Shown: one piece after another, positions 1 to 9,573 of the stretch | Position numbering within the stretch: position 1 is the first letter of the stretch | Layout of the letters: each line of letters begins with the position of its first letter | NCBI GenBank assembly: GCA_937967795.1 | Contig: CALBSK010000086.1 | Location: 1,333-65,332, forward strand | Source of the DNA: an uncultured Alphaproteobacteria bacterium | Lineage (GTDB): Bacteria; Pseudomonadota; Alphaproteobacteria; UBA9655 | Direction of reading: 5' to 3' | Length of the DNA: 64,000 nucleotides | Position numbers and translations under genes: made by a program | Notes under the pieces: model-generated | What the model saw: only the letters and a program-made list of their open reading frames with translations | What the model was told of the DNA's origin: nothing | Database searches by the model: none

Positions 1-13
1 ATTCAACGGGAAT

Positions 14-1282
14 TTACTTTTTTTCTCTTAACTTCTGCCAGTAGGAAAGCCGTTTCTGAATCTCACGTTCAAATCCTCGTTTATAAGGCACATAAAAGGT
101 CTTGCGTTCCATTTCTTCAGGAAAATAATGTTGACCTGAAAAACCTTCTGGTGTGTCATGATCGTAAATATATCCTTCACCATATCCTTCTTTTTTCATC
201 AATTCGGTAGGTGCATTAAGAATGTGTTTAGGAGGGGGTAAAGAACCTGACACTCGCGCTTGTTTAAGGGCTTGGGGGAAAGCTCGATAGAGAGCGTTGG
301 ATTTAGGGGAAGTGGCAAGATATACTAAGGTTTGAACAAGAGCGAGCTCTCCTTCAGGGGATCCAAGTCTTTCATAAGCTTCAACTCCCGCAAGGGCTTG
401 GACAAGAGCCTGAGGATCAGCAAGTCCCACATCTTCTACCGCAAAACGAATCATTCTGCGTCCCATGTAAAGCGGGTCTTCTCCATTTTCTAACATGCGG
501 GAAAACCAGTAAAGAGCTGCATCTGGGTCGGACCCTCGTAAAGATTTGTGAAGAGCACTGATAAGATTGTAATGTCCTTCCTGAGCCTTGTCATAGAGAG
601 GTGCCCTTTTTGTCACGAGTTCAATGAGGCGAGACGAATCAAGGGGGGTTTTGAGAGCTTCTGCTTCGATCACTTCCACCAAATTTAACAGAGCTCGCCC
701 ATCTCCATCGGCAAACTCAAGAAGCAGCGCTTTCGCTTCAGGCGTTAGAGGTAAAGTTTTCTCTAAATAATTTTCTGCGCGCGTCAAGATCTCTTCTAAA
801 ATTTCTGGTAAAAGCCTATTAAGTTTAAACACCTGACAGCGCGACAAAAGAGCACTATTCAACTCGAAAGAAGGATTTTCCGTGGTTGCCCCTACAAGGA
901 TAATCATTCCCTTTTCTACATAGGGTAAAAAACTATCCTGTTGTGAGCGATTAAAACGGTGAATTTCATCAACAAAAAGAAGAGTCGGAATTCCTTCTTC
1001 AAAAGTTTTTTGGGCTTTCTCAAAAACTTTTCTAAGATCTGCCACTCCTGAAAAAATGGCTGAAAGAGAGACGAATGGTATTCCGCAAGATTGAGCAAGT
1101 ATGTGAGCAATGGTCGTCTTACCTGTTCCCGGAGGTCCCCAAAAGATCATAGAATAGAGGTGATTCTTCCCTACCATACGAGAGAGAGGCTTTCCTGGTC
1201 CTATAAGGTGGCGCTGTCCAGAAACTTCTTCAAGAGAACGAGGGCGCAAGCGCTCGGCAAGAGGAACAGGTTTTTTTGGCAC
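14..1282 (-). CDS. rarA: Replication-associated recombination protein A (RarA/MgsA AAA+ ATPase)
   Basis: 422-aa ORF. Walker [10 protein letters not shown], Walker B LFVDEIHRFN, MgsA-type C-terminal domain (DPDAALYW). GTG start overlaps the degP stop by 1 nt. Confidence 0.92.
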   Translation of the reverse strand: MPKKPVPLAERLRPRSLEEVSGQRHLIGPGKPLSRMVGKNHLYSMIFWGPPGTGKTTIAHILAQSCGIPFVSLSAIFSGVADLRKVFEKAQKTFEEGIPTLLFVDEIHRFNRSQQDSFLPYVEKGMIILVGATTENPSFELNSALLSRCQVFKLNRLLPEILEEILTRAENYLEKTLPLTPEAKALLLEFADGDGRALLNLVEVIEAEALKTPLDSSRLIELVTKRAPLYDKAQEGHYNLISALHKSLRGSDPDAALYWFSRMLENGEDPLYMGRRMIRFAVEDVGLADPQALVQALAGVEAYERLGSPEGELALVQTLVYLATSPKSNALYRAFPQALKQARVSGSLPPPKHILNAPTELMKKEGYGEGYIYDHDTPEGFSGQHYFPEEMERKTFYVPYKRGFEREIQKRLSYWQKLREKK

Positions 1283-2706
1283 TAGCCTGTTACCTCAAAG
1301 GTAAGAACTTGATCCCCTCGCCGAAGAATAAGGGTCCACTCACGCGTTGCATTCTTTAAAAGCCTCATCGCATCTTCTTTTGTTTTGATTTTTTTCTTAT
1401 TAATGAATTCAAGGACATCTCCTGGCTGAATTCCGAGCTGAGCAGCGGGTCCTGTTTCTGAGACTTCTGTAATCACAACACCTCTTTGCATAGGATTTAA
1501 CCCCAAATCAACAGCAAGGGAAGGAGAAAGCGTCTGAATCCTCGCTCCACGAAGTGGATTAACTTCTTCTATCGTGAAAGATGAAGAGTCTTTTGAATCC
1601 ATTGGCTCAGTTAACATAATAGAAAGTTTTTTCTTTTCACCCTTACGCAGAATGGTAAGATCTACCTTTTTTCCGAGGGGAGAAATAGCGACTTGATAAT
1701 CAAGAGAAGCATCATCTTCAATTTCATTATGATCAAGAGCAGCAATAAAATCCCCCACTTTTACCCCCGCTTTATCCGCAGGGCCTTCTGGATAAACTTC
1801 TTTTACGAGTACACCATAAGGGCGAGACAAACCTAAAGCATGGGCGTCATCCGCCGTTACAGATTGAACTTCCAAACCCAACCAAGGCCGTATAATACGC
1901 CCTTCATTTTTCACGCTTTCAATCACAGACATAGCTATATTAGTTGGGATCGCAAAACCAATACCCACAGATCCTCCACTCTTTGAATAGATAGCTGTAT
2001 TTATTCCCACGACGCGCCCATCAGTTGTAACCAAAGGCCCTCCTGAATTTCCAGGATTAATGGCCGCATCTGTCTGAATAAAGGATCGATAATCACTGAT
2101 TCCTTCCTGACTCCGAGCAAGAGCGGAAATAATGCCGCTTGTAACAGTCTGACCCACACCAAAGGGATTTCCAATAGCGAGAACAACATCTCCTACCTCA
2201 ATATCTTCGGAAGGATTAATTGTGAGGAAGGGAAAATTCGTTCCTCCTTCAATCTGCAAAAGAGCCAGGTCCGTTTTCTTATCCCTGACAACTACCGTTG
2301 CAACGTATTCTCTTTTGTCAAAAAGGACCACATGAATCATGTCGGCATTTTCAATAACGTGATCATTCGTCAGGACAAGCCCCTCTTTGTTCACAAGGGT
2401 GCCTGATCCCAGAGAATTTTGAGCCTCATTCTCCCCAGGATGAAGGTGTTCAAAAAACTGTTTAAAGAAAGGATCATCCATAAAAGGAGACGCGGGGTAT
2501 TCGAACTTAGCCTGATGAAAAGCATAAATGTTAACAACAGCAGGCGCTACCATTTTCACAACTGAAGCATAGCTCTCAATCTTTTTTTCACGGGTAAGAG
2601 GAATATATTTTGACTCTTCTTTAACTTGAGTGGCTTCTTTACAGGCCGTCATCACGATAGACATGCATAAAGCTATGAGGATAAATTTTAAAAATGGCAT
2701 CGACAT
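1282..2706 (-). CDS. degP: Periplasmic serine endoprotease, DegP/HtrA (DegQ) family
   Basis: 474 aa. Catalytic motifs TNDHV, DLALL and GNSGGPL, followed by two PDZ-like segments. N-terminal signal/lipobox-like sequence (VMTAC). Confidence 0.9.
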   Translation of the reverse strand: MSMPFLKFILIALCMSIVMTACKEATQVKEESKYIPLTREKKIESYASVVKMVAPAVVNIYAFHQAKFEYPASPFMDDPFFKQFFEHLHPGENEAQNSLGSGTLVNKEGLVLTNDHVIENADMIHVVLFDKREYVATVVVRDKKTDLALLQIEGGTNFPFLTINPSEDIEVGDVVLAIGNPFGVGQTVTSGIISALARSQEGISDYRSFIQTDAAINPGNSGGPLVTTDGRVVGINTAIYSKSGGSVGIGFAIPTNIAMSVIESVKNEGRIIRPWLGLEVQSVTADDAHALGLSRPYGVLVKEVYPEGPADKAGVKVGDFIAALDHNEIEDDASLDYQVAISPLGKKVDLTILRKGEKKKLSIMLTEPMDSKDSSSFTIEEVNPLRGARIQTLSPSLAVDLGLNPMQRGVVITEVSETGPAAQLGIQPGDVLEFINKKKIKTKEDAMRLLKNATREWTLILRRGDQVLTFEVTG

Positions 2707-2759
2707 CCTACGTAAGGAAAAAGTTAAGGGAAGAACTCATTTAATCATATTTCTCTTAA

Positions 2760-3599
2760 TTAATGATAAACAAAAAGAGGAACATCTGTTGATTTTAAAA
2801 GATCTTTTAAAAAAGATCCCATAAAAAAGTAACTGACCCCTCCTTGCCCAAAAGCTCCCATAACAATTAAAGAAGGTTTGAGATCTTCGATTAACTCGAG
2901 AATAGACTTCACCGGTTTTTGAAAACTTATTATGGGGTGAATATGGGCTTTTACATCATGATTTTGACAAAGCTTTGCTGCGGCATTAGCTCGGTCACGC
3001 GCCTCATTTTCATCCGAGCTAACGCTCGCTATATGAACCGTTTTTCCTTTAAAAATGCTAAGCAGAATGGCCATATGGAGGGCTCTTGAGGAAGCGAGAG
3101 TCCCATCAAAAGCAACAAGAATATGGGGACTATTTTGATGAGAAAGCGTAGGGCCCGTTACAATAATAGGACGGGGATTGTCCCTCATAATTTGTTTAAC
3201 GGAAATCGTTGTTTCTTCAGTAGGCGTAAAATGAAAGTTTGCGTCTTTTCCAATAATTAACAAGTCATATTCCGTTAGAAAGTGCTCAATTTCATAAGCA
3301 GGCACACCGGTTGCATCAATAATAGAGCATGAAATTTTCTGAGTTTTGCAAAGATCAGAAAATTTTTTTTCAAGTTTATGAACACGATGTTTTGCATTCT
3401 CGAGAAGCTGTTCATCCAGCTCAACTTTAAAAGCCGCCCCTCCTAAAGGGATAGCTTCAGGAGCTGCAATCCAGGGTTCATCTAAAACACCAATTCCCGT
3501 AAGAGCTGCCTTGTGAGATAAAGCTAATTCAATTCCTATTTTTTTCGCTGATTCACTCGATTCAGAATCATCAAGAGTGACGAGGATATTTTTAATCAT
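2760..3599 (-). CDS. Universal stress protein, tandem Usp domains
   Basis: 279 aa with two Usp-like halves (ILVTLDDSESS... and ILVAFDGTLASS...) and a C-terminal G-rich ATP-binding-like motif (MGAFGQGG). Confidence 0.72.
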   Translation of the reverse strand: MIKNILVTLDDSESSESAKKIGIELALSHKAALTGIGVLDEPWIAAPEAIPLGGAAFKVELDEQLLENAKHRVHKLEKKFSDLCKTQKISCSIIDATGVPAYEIEHFLTEYDLLIIGKDANFHFTPTEETTISVKQIMRDNPRPIIVTGPTLSHQNSPHILVAFDGTLASSRALHMAILLSIFKGKTVHIASVSSDENEARDRANAAAKLCQNHDVKAHIHPIISFQKPVKSILELIEDLKPSLIVMGAFGQGGVSYFFMGSFLKDLLKSTDVPLFVYH

Positions 3600-3737
3600 G
3601 AGCGCCTCTTTTTTATTTTAGCGGTTCAACATATACCGTTTATCTCATGATTCCTCAGGAATCAATTAGAGTCAAGGAAAAGCGGATCATAAAAAATAGC
3701 GGAAGCATTTTTCTAGTTTTTTAAGGATAGACATTTT

Positions 3738-3766
3738 TTGACACCCTATTCAATAAAAATACAAAT
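3738..3766 (+). promoter_or_regulatory. Candidate sigma70-type promoter upstream of the LON-domain gene
   Basis: Exact TTGACA at 3738-3743. TACAAA follows after a 16-nt spacer, or ACAAAT after 17 nt. It lies about 65 nt upstream of the 3830/3833 start. Sequence pattern only. Confidence 0.3.
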
Positions 3767-3829
3767 AAGGATTATTGCCAAATCCCCCCTAAATCTCTAT
3801 ATAAAAACTATCAAGTTAAAAAAGAGATT

Positions 3830-4456
3830 GTGATGAAACTTCAAGATTTTCCTTCTATTCTTCCTTTATATGCTGCCAATGATACAATTTTACTTCCGCG
3901 AGCTCAACTTCCACTGATGCTGCAGAGAGATGACGAAAAAGCGCTTGTCGATAATTCCTTTCGCGAAGGACATCGACTTATTGGCGTTATTCAAGCCAAC
4001 CCAGAAGGAGGACATTTTCAAAAGGGCTGCGTAGGACGAATTATTAGCTTTCAAGATGGAGCTCAAATTTTCATTACTCTAGGAGGACTGTGCCGCTTTA
4101 AAATAGAAGAGATTCTCGAAGAAGAGCCCGTAAAAAAAGCGAGAGTTAATTATCGGGGCTATGAGAACGATTTGGAGGAATCTATCACAGATCCTTTTGT
4201 AGACCGCCCTCGGCTTTTGAATCTTTTAAAGAACTACTTAGAAGATCAAGACATCATAGCAAATTGGGAAGAAATTGATCATGCCAGTGATGATCTTATC
4301 ATCAGTTCTCTCAGTATGGCCTGTCCCTTCAAGCCTATTGAAAAACAAGCTCTTTTAGAAATTTCTTCCCTTTCTGATAGGTGTGATATGATGATTGCTT
4401 TAATGGAAGTTGCCTCTCCTCATATAAAAGGAGGGGGGCGATCTATCCTTCATTAG
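3830..4456 (+). CDS. LON peptidase N-terminal (substrate-binding) domain protein
   Basis: 208 aa with an N-terminal [18 protein letters not shown] pattern typical of stand-alone Lon-N/PUA-like domain proteins. The start is GTG at 3830 or ATG at 3833. Confidence 0.72.
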   Translation: MMKLQDFPSILPLYAANDTILLPRAQLPLMLQRDDEKALVDNSFREGHRLIGVIQANPEGGHFQKGCVGRIISFQDGAQIFITLGGLCRFKIEEILEEEPVKKARVNYRGYENDLEESITDPFVDRPRLLNLLKNYLEDQDIIANWEEIDHASDDLIISSLSMACPFKPIEKQALLEISSLSDRCDMMIALMEVASPHIKGGGRSILH

Positions 4457-4467
4457 GGAGTGCTGTC

Positions 4468-4659
4468 ATGAAAAAAAAATCGCCCTTAAATCCTAAGCTT
4501 TTTGAAATGCTCGTTTGTCCTCTTACCAAAGGGCCACTCAAGTATAATCCTAATAAGAATGAACTTATCAGTCCTTATGCAAAACTAGCCTATCCCCTTC
4601 GGGACGGCGTTCCCATTATGCTGATTGACGAAGCAAGAACCTTGAAAGAAGGTAAGTAA
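4468..4659 (+). CDS. Trm112 family (UPF0434) small zinc-ribbon-like protein
   Basis: 63 aa with [12 protein letters not shown] ... [16 protein letters not shown], the canonical Trm112/YcaR pattern. Confidence 0.85.
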   Translation: MKKKSPLNPKLFEMLVCPLTKGPLKYNPNKNELISPYAKLAYPLRDGVPIMLIDEARTLKEGK

Positions 4660-4718
4660 GATGGCCAACATGCAATTAGCTTCTAATAATCCTAATTGAT
4701 ATAATATTTGAATCTCTC

Positions 4719-6401
4719 ATGCAAAATCTAATTTCTTTTCTTTTTTTTCAAATCGTTAGCCTTGGGACATTCTCCTTACTTTCTCCTTTTTTCAAAATTA
4801 AGTGTGATAAAGATAAAATAGGAACCTCTATTTTTTGGGGATTCTGGATTGCTATGCTTTTAAGTTACTTGTTCGCTCTTACAATACCTCATCGTTTAAA
4901 TATAGCTTGCTATTTAATTTTTCTGGGTTCCCTTGTGGGAATTGGGCGTCTTATAAATACAGGAAAAATTCGAGAAATCTTGAAATCAAATTATGTCTTT
5001 TGTTTGTTTTTTTTGATACCGTTTGTATTCTTTTTAGTGCATAAACCCTCTTCTTGTGATGAATATGGTCACTGGGTGTTGTTACCTAAAATTTACGTAG
5101 AAACGAACAATTTGGTTACTGCCGCTGTAACTTCTGGCGTGGGGTATACCCCTTTATGGGCTCTTCAAGCTGCGTTTTTTGAATTTCTAACGCCAGGAAA
5201 TTTCAGTGAATCTGTGATAGCAACTCTTAAAATAGGGATTTTTATTTCTTTTTTATTTTTTCTTAAAGAAACTTTTAAGCTTAATAATTTAATTTTTTTG
5301 CTTTTCTCTTTTTTCACTCTTTTGATAATCTCCAAATTTAATAAGCACCTTGTTATTGAATTTCCAATTTGTATGCTCATCGCCTCTCTTTCTTTTGTCG
5401 TTTACGCTCTGGAAAAGGGAGAAGGAAAAGAGCTTCTTGTTTTACTTTTAATCGGAGCGCTCTCTCTTTATATGGTTAAAAAGTCCATGATAGCTGTTCT
5501 TCCCTCAGTTCTATGGTATCTGTGGGTGAAAAATTATAAAAAACAGCTCTTCGTTTTTTTAGGGATTTTTTGTTTTTTTGTCATCTCTTGGAAAATTAAA
5601 ACTTATGGAACATCAGAATTATTAGCGCCAGGCCATACCATCAATAGTTTTTCAAGCTCGCAAGCTTTTCTTGTTTATTCTTGTTTCTTTCAAAAAGTTA
5701 AAGAGAATTTTTTTTATTTTCTTATTTTTGGGATAAGCCTTTATTTATTTTTTAGAGAATCTCAAAGATTATTTATCTTTTATATAATTTTCTCACTTAT
5801 TTTTATAATGGCCTTGATAGTGAGTTATCTTTTTTCTTTTTCTGATATTGAAGCTTTAAAGTTGGCTTCTTTCCTCAGGTATATGTCATCCGTCTTTTAC
5901 CCCGCCTATGTATTAGCCCTGTTTATCCTTCTTTCGAAAATTTTAGAAAAAATAAAAATTCAACCTAAAAAAATTGAGCCCTCTCGTATACGGTTAGGAA
6001 TCGCCGTCCTTTCTTTTACCATTGGTGCTTCTTATTTTTATCAAGGATATAATGAATCTAAAAGGGATTATGTAGGCCAGATGATTGCAAAAATTCCGCT
6101 TTCCCTCATTTCTCAACATGAAAATGTCCTTATTCTTGGTTCTCTTGTTCCTCAATATGGCTATTGGCGGTTTAGATACCATTTGTATCCTTGGGTTCAA
6201 AAACTTGAATTTCGTTCATTTGATAACCTTTCCGATCAAGACGTTGAAAAAATGTTGAGTAAGAATAATTTAATTATTGTAAGAGAGACAAACGATAAAT
6301 TTAACCAATATCTTAAAACTTATTGGGGGCTTGATACGAGAAGATACGCTCAATTTCTTCTTTACAAAAAGAATAACAGAGTACAAACTCAAAAATTATG
6401 A
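4719..6401 (+). CDS. Polytopic inner-membrane protein, putative GT-C-fold glycosyltransferase (ArnT/PMT/GtrC-like role inferred)
   Basis: 560 aa with more than 10 predicted hydrophobic helices rich in F/I/L. An acidic loop motif (SSCDEYGHW) follows the early helices. The stop overlaps the start of the GT2/GtrA gene (ATGA at 6398-6401). The function is inferred from context and topology only. Confidence 0.45.
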   Translation: MQNLISFLFFQIVSLGTFSLLSPFFKIKCDKDKIGTSIFWGFWIAMLLSYLFALTIPHRLNIACYLIFLGSLVGIGRLINTGKIREILKSNYVFCLFFLIPFVFFLVHKPSSCDEYGHWVLLPKIYVETNNLVTAAVTSGVGYTPLWALQAAFFEFLTPGNFSESVIATLKIGIFISFLFFLKETFKLNNLIFLLFSFFTLLIISKFNKHLVIEFPICMLIASLSFVVYALEKGEGKELLVLLLIGALSLYMVKKSMIAVLPSVLWYLWVKNYKKQLFVFLGIFCFFVISWKIKTYGTSELLAPGHTINSFSSSQAFLVYSCFFQKVKENFFYFLIFGISLYLFFRESQRLFIFYIIFSLIFIMALIVSYLFSFSDIEALKLASFLRYMSSVFYPAYVLALFILLSKILEKIKIQPKKIEPSRIRLGIAVLSFTIGASYFYQGYNESKRDYVGQMIAKIPLSLISQHENVLILGSLVPQYGYWRFRYHLYPWVQKLEFRSFDNLSDQDVEKMLSKNNLIIVRETNDKFNQYLKTYWGLDTRRYAQFLLYKKNNRVQTQKL

Positions 6402-7432
6402 GTTATTTTTTCATTATCCCCGCTTATGAACCTGATGCTAGAATTGTTGATCTGATACGACAACTTCTTGAGAACTCACAAGCTCGTATTTGCGTTGTGG
6501 ATGATGGGAGTCAAAATACCCTGCCTTTTAAAGATTCGATTTTTCAGAACAAGAGAGTCAGTCTTCTTCATCATGCAATTAATTTAGGCAAAGGCGCTTC
6601 TCTAAAGACGGCCTTTAATTACGTTTTAACACACTTTCCTCAAATCAAGTCAGTTGTAACGCTGGACGCCGATGGCCAACATGCGATTTCGGATGCTCTT
6701 AAGATTGCTAAAAAAGGACAAAGCAGCCAAGCGCTCATTTTAGGAACCAGATCCTTTTCCTTATCGGGCCAAAAAATTCCCTTAAAATCCCGTCTAGGAA
6801 ATATTATTACTCGATTGGTATGGCGTCTTATAATGGGATCGAAAATCACAGACACTCAAACGGGATTGAGAGGAATTCCCTCCTCGCTGATGAAGGGCTG
6901 CCTCCATATTTTACCCAATCGATATGAATTCGAGATGGAAATGCTTTTAAAAGCAAACGAGTTAAACATGCCCTTAGTAGAAGTCCCTATTGAAACAATT
7001 TATATTGATCAAAATCGAGGATCTCACTTTAACCCCTTTTTGGATTCCTTAAAAATATATTTCGTTCTCTTCAGATATTCCTTCTCAGCTATTATTTCTA
7101 CAGCCGTAGATTATATGGCTTTTTATATTTTATTAGCCTTTTTTGGCGTAGGGTTGTCCTTTATTGTCGCTCGATTAGTCTCTTTTTTTGTGAATTACAA
7201 TTTGAACAAAACTTTTGTGTTTCGGAGTAAAAGAGCAAGCACCCACTCTCTTTTAAAATATATGGTTCTTTTTTGTTCCAATCTTTATATTGGGTATTCC
7301 TCAATGGAATATATATCTTTTCAAGGTTTTTTTACAATTTATTCTAAAATTGGGGTCGACATTCTTCTCTTTTTCTTTAACTTCTTTATACAAAGGGAAT
7401 GGGTCTTTAAAAGTTCCCCGAGTGAAAATTAA
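6398..7432 (+). CDS. Bifunctional glycosyltransferase family 2 / GtrA-family protein (polyprenyl-phosphate sugar synthase fused to a GtrA-like domain)
   Basis: 344 aa. GT2 motifs IIPAYEP, VVDDGS and LDADGQH. The C-terminal ~120 aa has four hydrophobic helices with a GtrA-like ending (FFNFFIQREWVF). Confidence 0.8.
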   Translation: MSYFFIIPAYEPDARIVDLIRQLLENSQARICVVDDGSQNTLPFKDSIFQNKRVSLLHHAINLGKGASLKTAFNYVLTHFPQIKSVVTLDADGQHAISDALKIAKKGQSSQALILGTRSFSLSGQKIPLKSRLGNIITRLVWRLIMGSKITDTQTGLRGIPSSLMKGCLHILPNRYEFEMEMLLKANELNMPLVEVPIETIYIDQNRGSHFNPFLDSLKIYFVLFRYSFSAIISTAVDYMAFYILLAFFGVGLSFIVARLVSFFVNYNLNKTFVFRSKRASTHSLLKYMVLFCSNLYIGYSSMEYISFQGFFTIYSKIGVDILLFFFNFFIQREWVFKSSPSEN

Positions 7433-7440
7433 TTAACGCC

Positions 7441-8196
7441 TCATATAACCTTGGATTTTTGCATTTCTTGTGGCCCCCCAGCAAGGCTTCTGATAATCCC
7501 CCTTAATGTGCGAACCTCTTGTTCTGTTAAATGAGCTCTCTGAAAAATATTTCGAATATTATGAACCATGGTAGCTCGTTTTTTTTGATGACGAAGAAAA
7601 CCGGTACGATCCAGTTCTTCTTCCAAATGATTAAAGAATTTTCCAAGTTCTTCACGTGTTGCAAGGCAGGTTCGTCCTGTTCTAAAAATTTGAGAAGGAT
7701 AAGAAGAAATTTGCGAGAACCATTCACAAGCAATTACTGCCACCGCATGGGCAAGGTTAAGAGAAGGAAAATCAGATTTTGTGGGTATCTTAATAAGCGC
7801 TTCACACAAGGAAATATCCTCACTACAAAGGCCACATCTCTCGCCTCCAAACAAAACACCAACCTTTTGGCCTTGTTGTTCTGACGAAGCCAGACGCTCT
7901 AAGCCTGGCTTCGGAGTATAAATGGATTTGATCATGTCATGAATACGACTGGACGTTGCAAAAAGGCGATGTAAGTCATGAATCGCGTTTGAAGTCGAAG
8001 GAAAAACTTGTGCACTTTCAAGAACTTTATCAGCACCTGCAGCGAGGGGAATTGCTTCAGGATTAGGCCACCCATCACGAGGTCTCACCAATCGTAAGTC
8101 AGTAAGACCAAAATTTAACATTGCTCTTGCAACAGCACCTATGTTTTGGCCGAGCTGAGGCTCGACAAGAATAATCGTTAATGTATTTTCGGCCAC
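7441..8196 (-). CDS. SpoU/TrmH-family RNA 2'-O-methyltransferase (TrmJ-like)
   Basis: 251 aa with NIGAVARAMLNFG, LFGGERCGL and LNLAHAVAV SPOUT motifs. GTG start. Confidence 0.8.
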   Translation of the reverse strand: MAENTLTIILVEPQLGQNIGAVARAMLNFGLTDLRLVRPRDGWPNPEAIPLAAGADKVLESAQVFPSTSNAIHDLHRLFATSSRIHDMIKSIYTPKPGLERLASSEQQGQKVGVLFGGERCGLCSEDISLCEALIKIPTKSDFPSLNLAHAVAVIACEWFSQISSYPSQIFRTGRTCLATREELGKFFNHLEEELDRTGFLRHQKKRATMVHNIRNIFQRAHLTEQEVRTLRGIIRSLAGGPQEMQKSKVI

Positions 8197-8207
8197 AAAT
8201 CCTCAAT

Positions 8208-9569
8208 TTATTGTTGTCTCCATGTGGTCCCTTGAGGACCATCTTCTAAAAGAACCCCTGCCTCTAAAAGTTCACGACGCACGCGGTCGGCTTCAGTAAA
8301 ATTTTTTTGTTGTCTTGCGAGCGCACGTGCCTCAATAAGCGCTAAAATTTTGGCTTCGTCAATCCCTGATTTTCCTTTAAACCAACTTTCAACATCCTGC
8401 TGAAAAAGCCCCAGCCAAGTCCCACTCGCTTTTAAAGTGGACGCCAATTTATTTTTTTCTTTTTCATTCGAAGTTTTGTACAAACGTGTTGCGAGATCAT
8501 GCAAAACAGAAATGGCATGAGGGGTATTCAAATCATCCTCAAGAGCCGTCTTAAGGGGCTCAAAAACTTTTCCTTCTGGATCTATTGTTCGTCCTCTTAA
8601 AGCATTATAAAGACGGTCAAGACTTTGTCGGCTTTGGAAAACAACCTGATCGTTCCAATCCAAAGGTTGACGGTAATGGGAAGATAAAAGAACAAAGCGA
8701 ATAAGCTCCCCTGGCATTTTTTCAAGGAGCTGATGAACAGTGATAAAATTTCCCAAAGATTTGGACATTTTTTCGCCGTTTACAGTCAACATACCATTGT
8801 GTACCCATACCTGAGCGAAAGTTTGGGGGCCAAAACACGCCTGACTTTGCGCCATTTCGTTTTCATGATGAGGAAAAATAAGATCTTGCCCCCCTCCATG
8901 AATATCAAAAGTGTCTCCTAGGTATTTTAAAGACATAGCTGAACATTCTATGTGCCACCCCGGGCGTCCATATCCCCATGGACTTTCCCAGCCTGGCATT
9001 CCTTTTGCCGAGGGCTTCCAAAGAATAAAATCTTCTGGTGCCCGTTTGTAAGGAGCAATTTCAACACGTGCCCCTGCCAGCATCTCTTCGTGCTGACAAC
9101 GGGACAGCTGACCATAATCAGGAAAGCTTTTGACGGAAAAAAGAACATGCCCCTCACTTTCATAAGCATGTTCTTTTTGAAGAAGAGTTTGAATCATTGA
9201 GATCATTTCATTTACATGCTCGGTAGCCTTAGGTTCAATGTGAGGCGGAATATTTCCTAAAGCCTTCATGTCTTCTTGAAAATATCGAGCGGTTCTTTGG
9301 GTAAGATCATAAATTTCCTCTTCGTTTTCTTGCGACGCCTTAATGATCTTGTCATCAATATCGGTGATATTTCGCACATAGGTCACTTTGGGGTATAGGT
9401 TTAGTAAAAGTCTGTTTAAAACATCAAAAATGACGTAAGGGCGAGCATTACCGATATGGGCAAAATCATAAACCGTAGGCCCACATACATAAAGACGAAT
9501 ATGGTCAGAAATCAAAGGAGTAAAAGTTTCTTTTTGATGAGTTAAGGTATTGTATAAAAGCAACGGCAT
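8208..9569 (-). CDS. cysS: Cysteine--tRNA ligase
   Basis: 453 aa. HIGH motif (AHIGNARPY), KMSKS motif (KMSKSLGN) and Cys-rich zinc ligand positions. Confidence 0.95.
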   Translation of the reverse strand: MPLLLYNTLTHQKETFTPLISDHIRLYVCGPTVYDFAHIGNARPYVIFDVLNRLLLNLYPKVTYVRNITDIDDKIIKASQENEEEIYDLTQRTARYFQEDMKALGNIPPHIEPKATEHVNEMISMIQTLLQKEHAYESEGHVLFSVKSFPDYGQLSRCQHEEMLAGARVEIAPYKRAPEDFILWKPSAKGMPGWESPWGYGRPGWHIECSAMSLKYLGDTFDIHGGGQDLIFPHHENEMAQSQACFGPQTFAQVWVHNGMLTVNGEKMSKSLGNFITVHQLLEKMPGELIRFVLLSSHYRQPLDWNDQVVFQSRQSLDRLYNALRGRTIDPEGKVFEPLKTALEDDLNTPHAISVLHDLATRLYKTSNEKEKNKLASTLKASGTWLGLFQQDVESWFKGKSGIDEAKILALIEARALARQQKNFTEADRVRRELLEAGVLLEDGPQGTTWRQQ

Positions 9570-9573
9570 CTTT

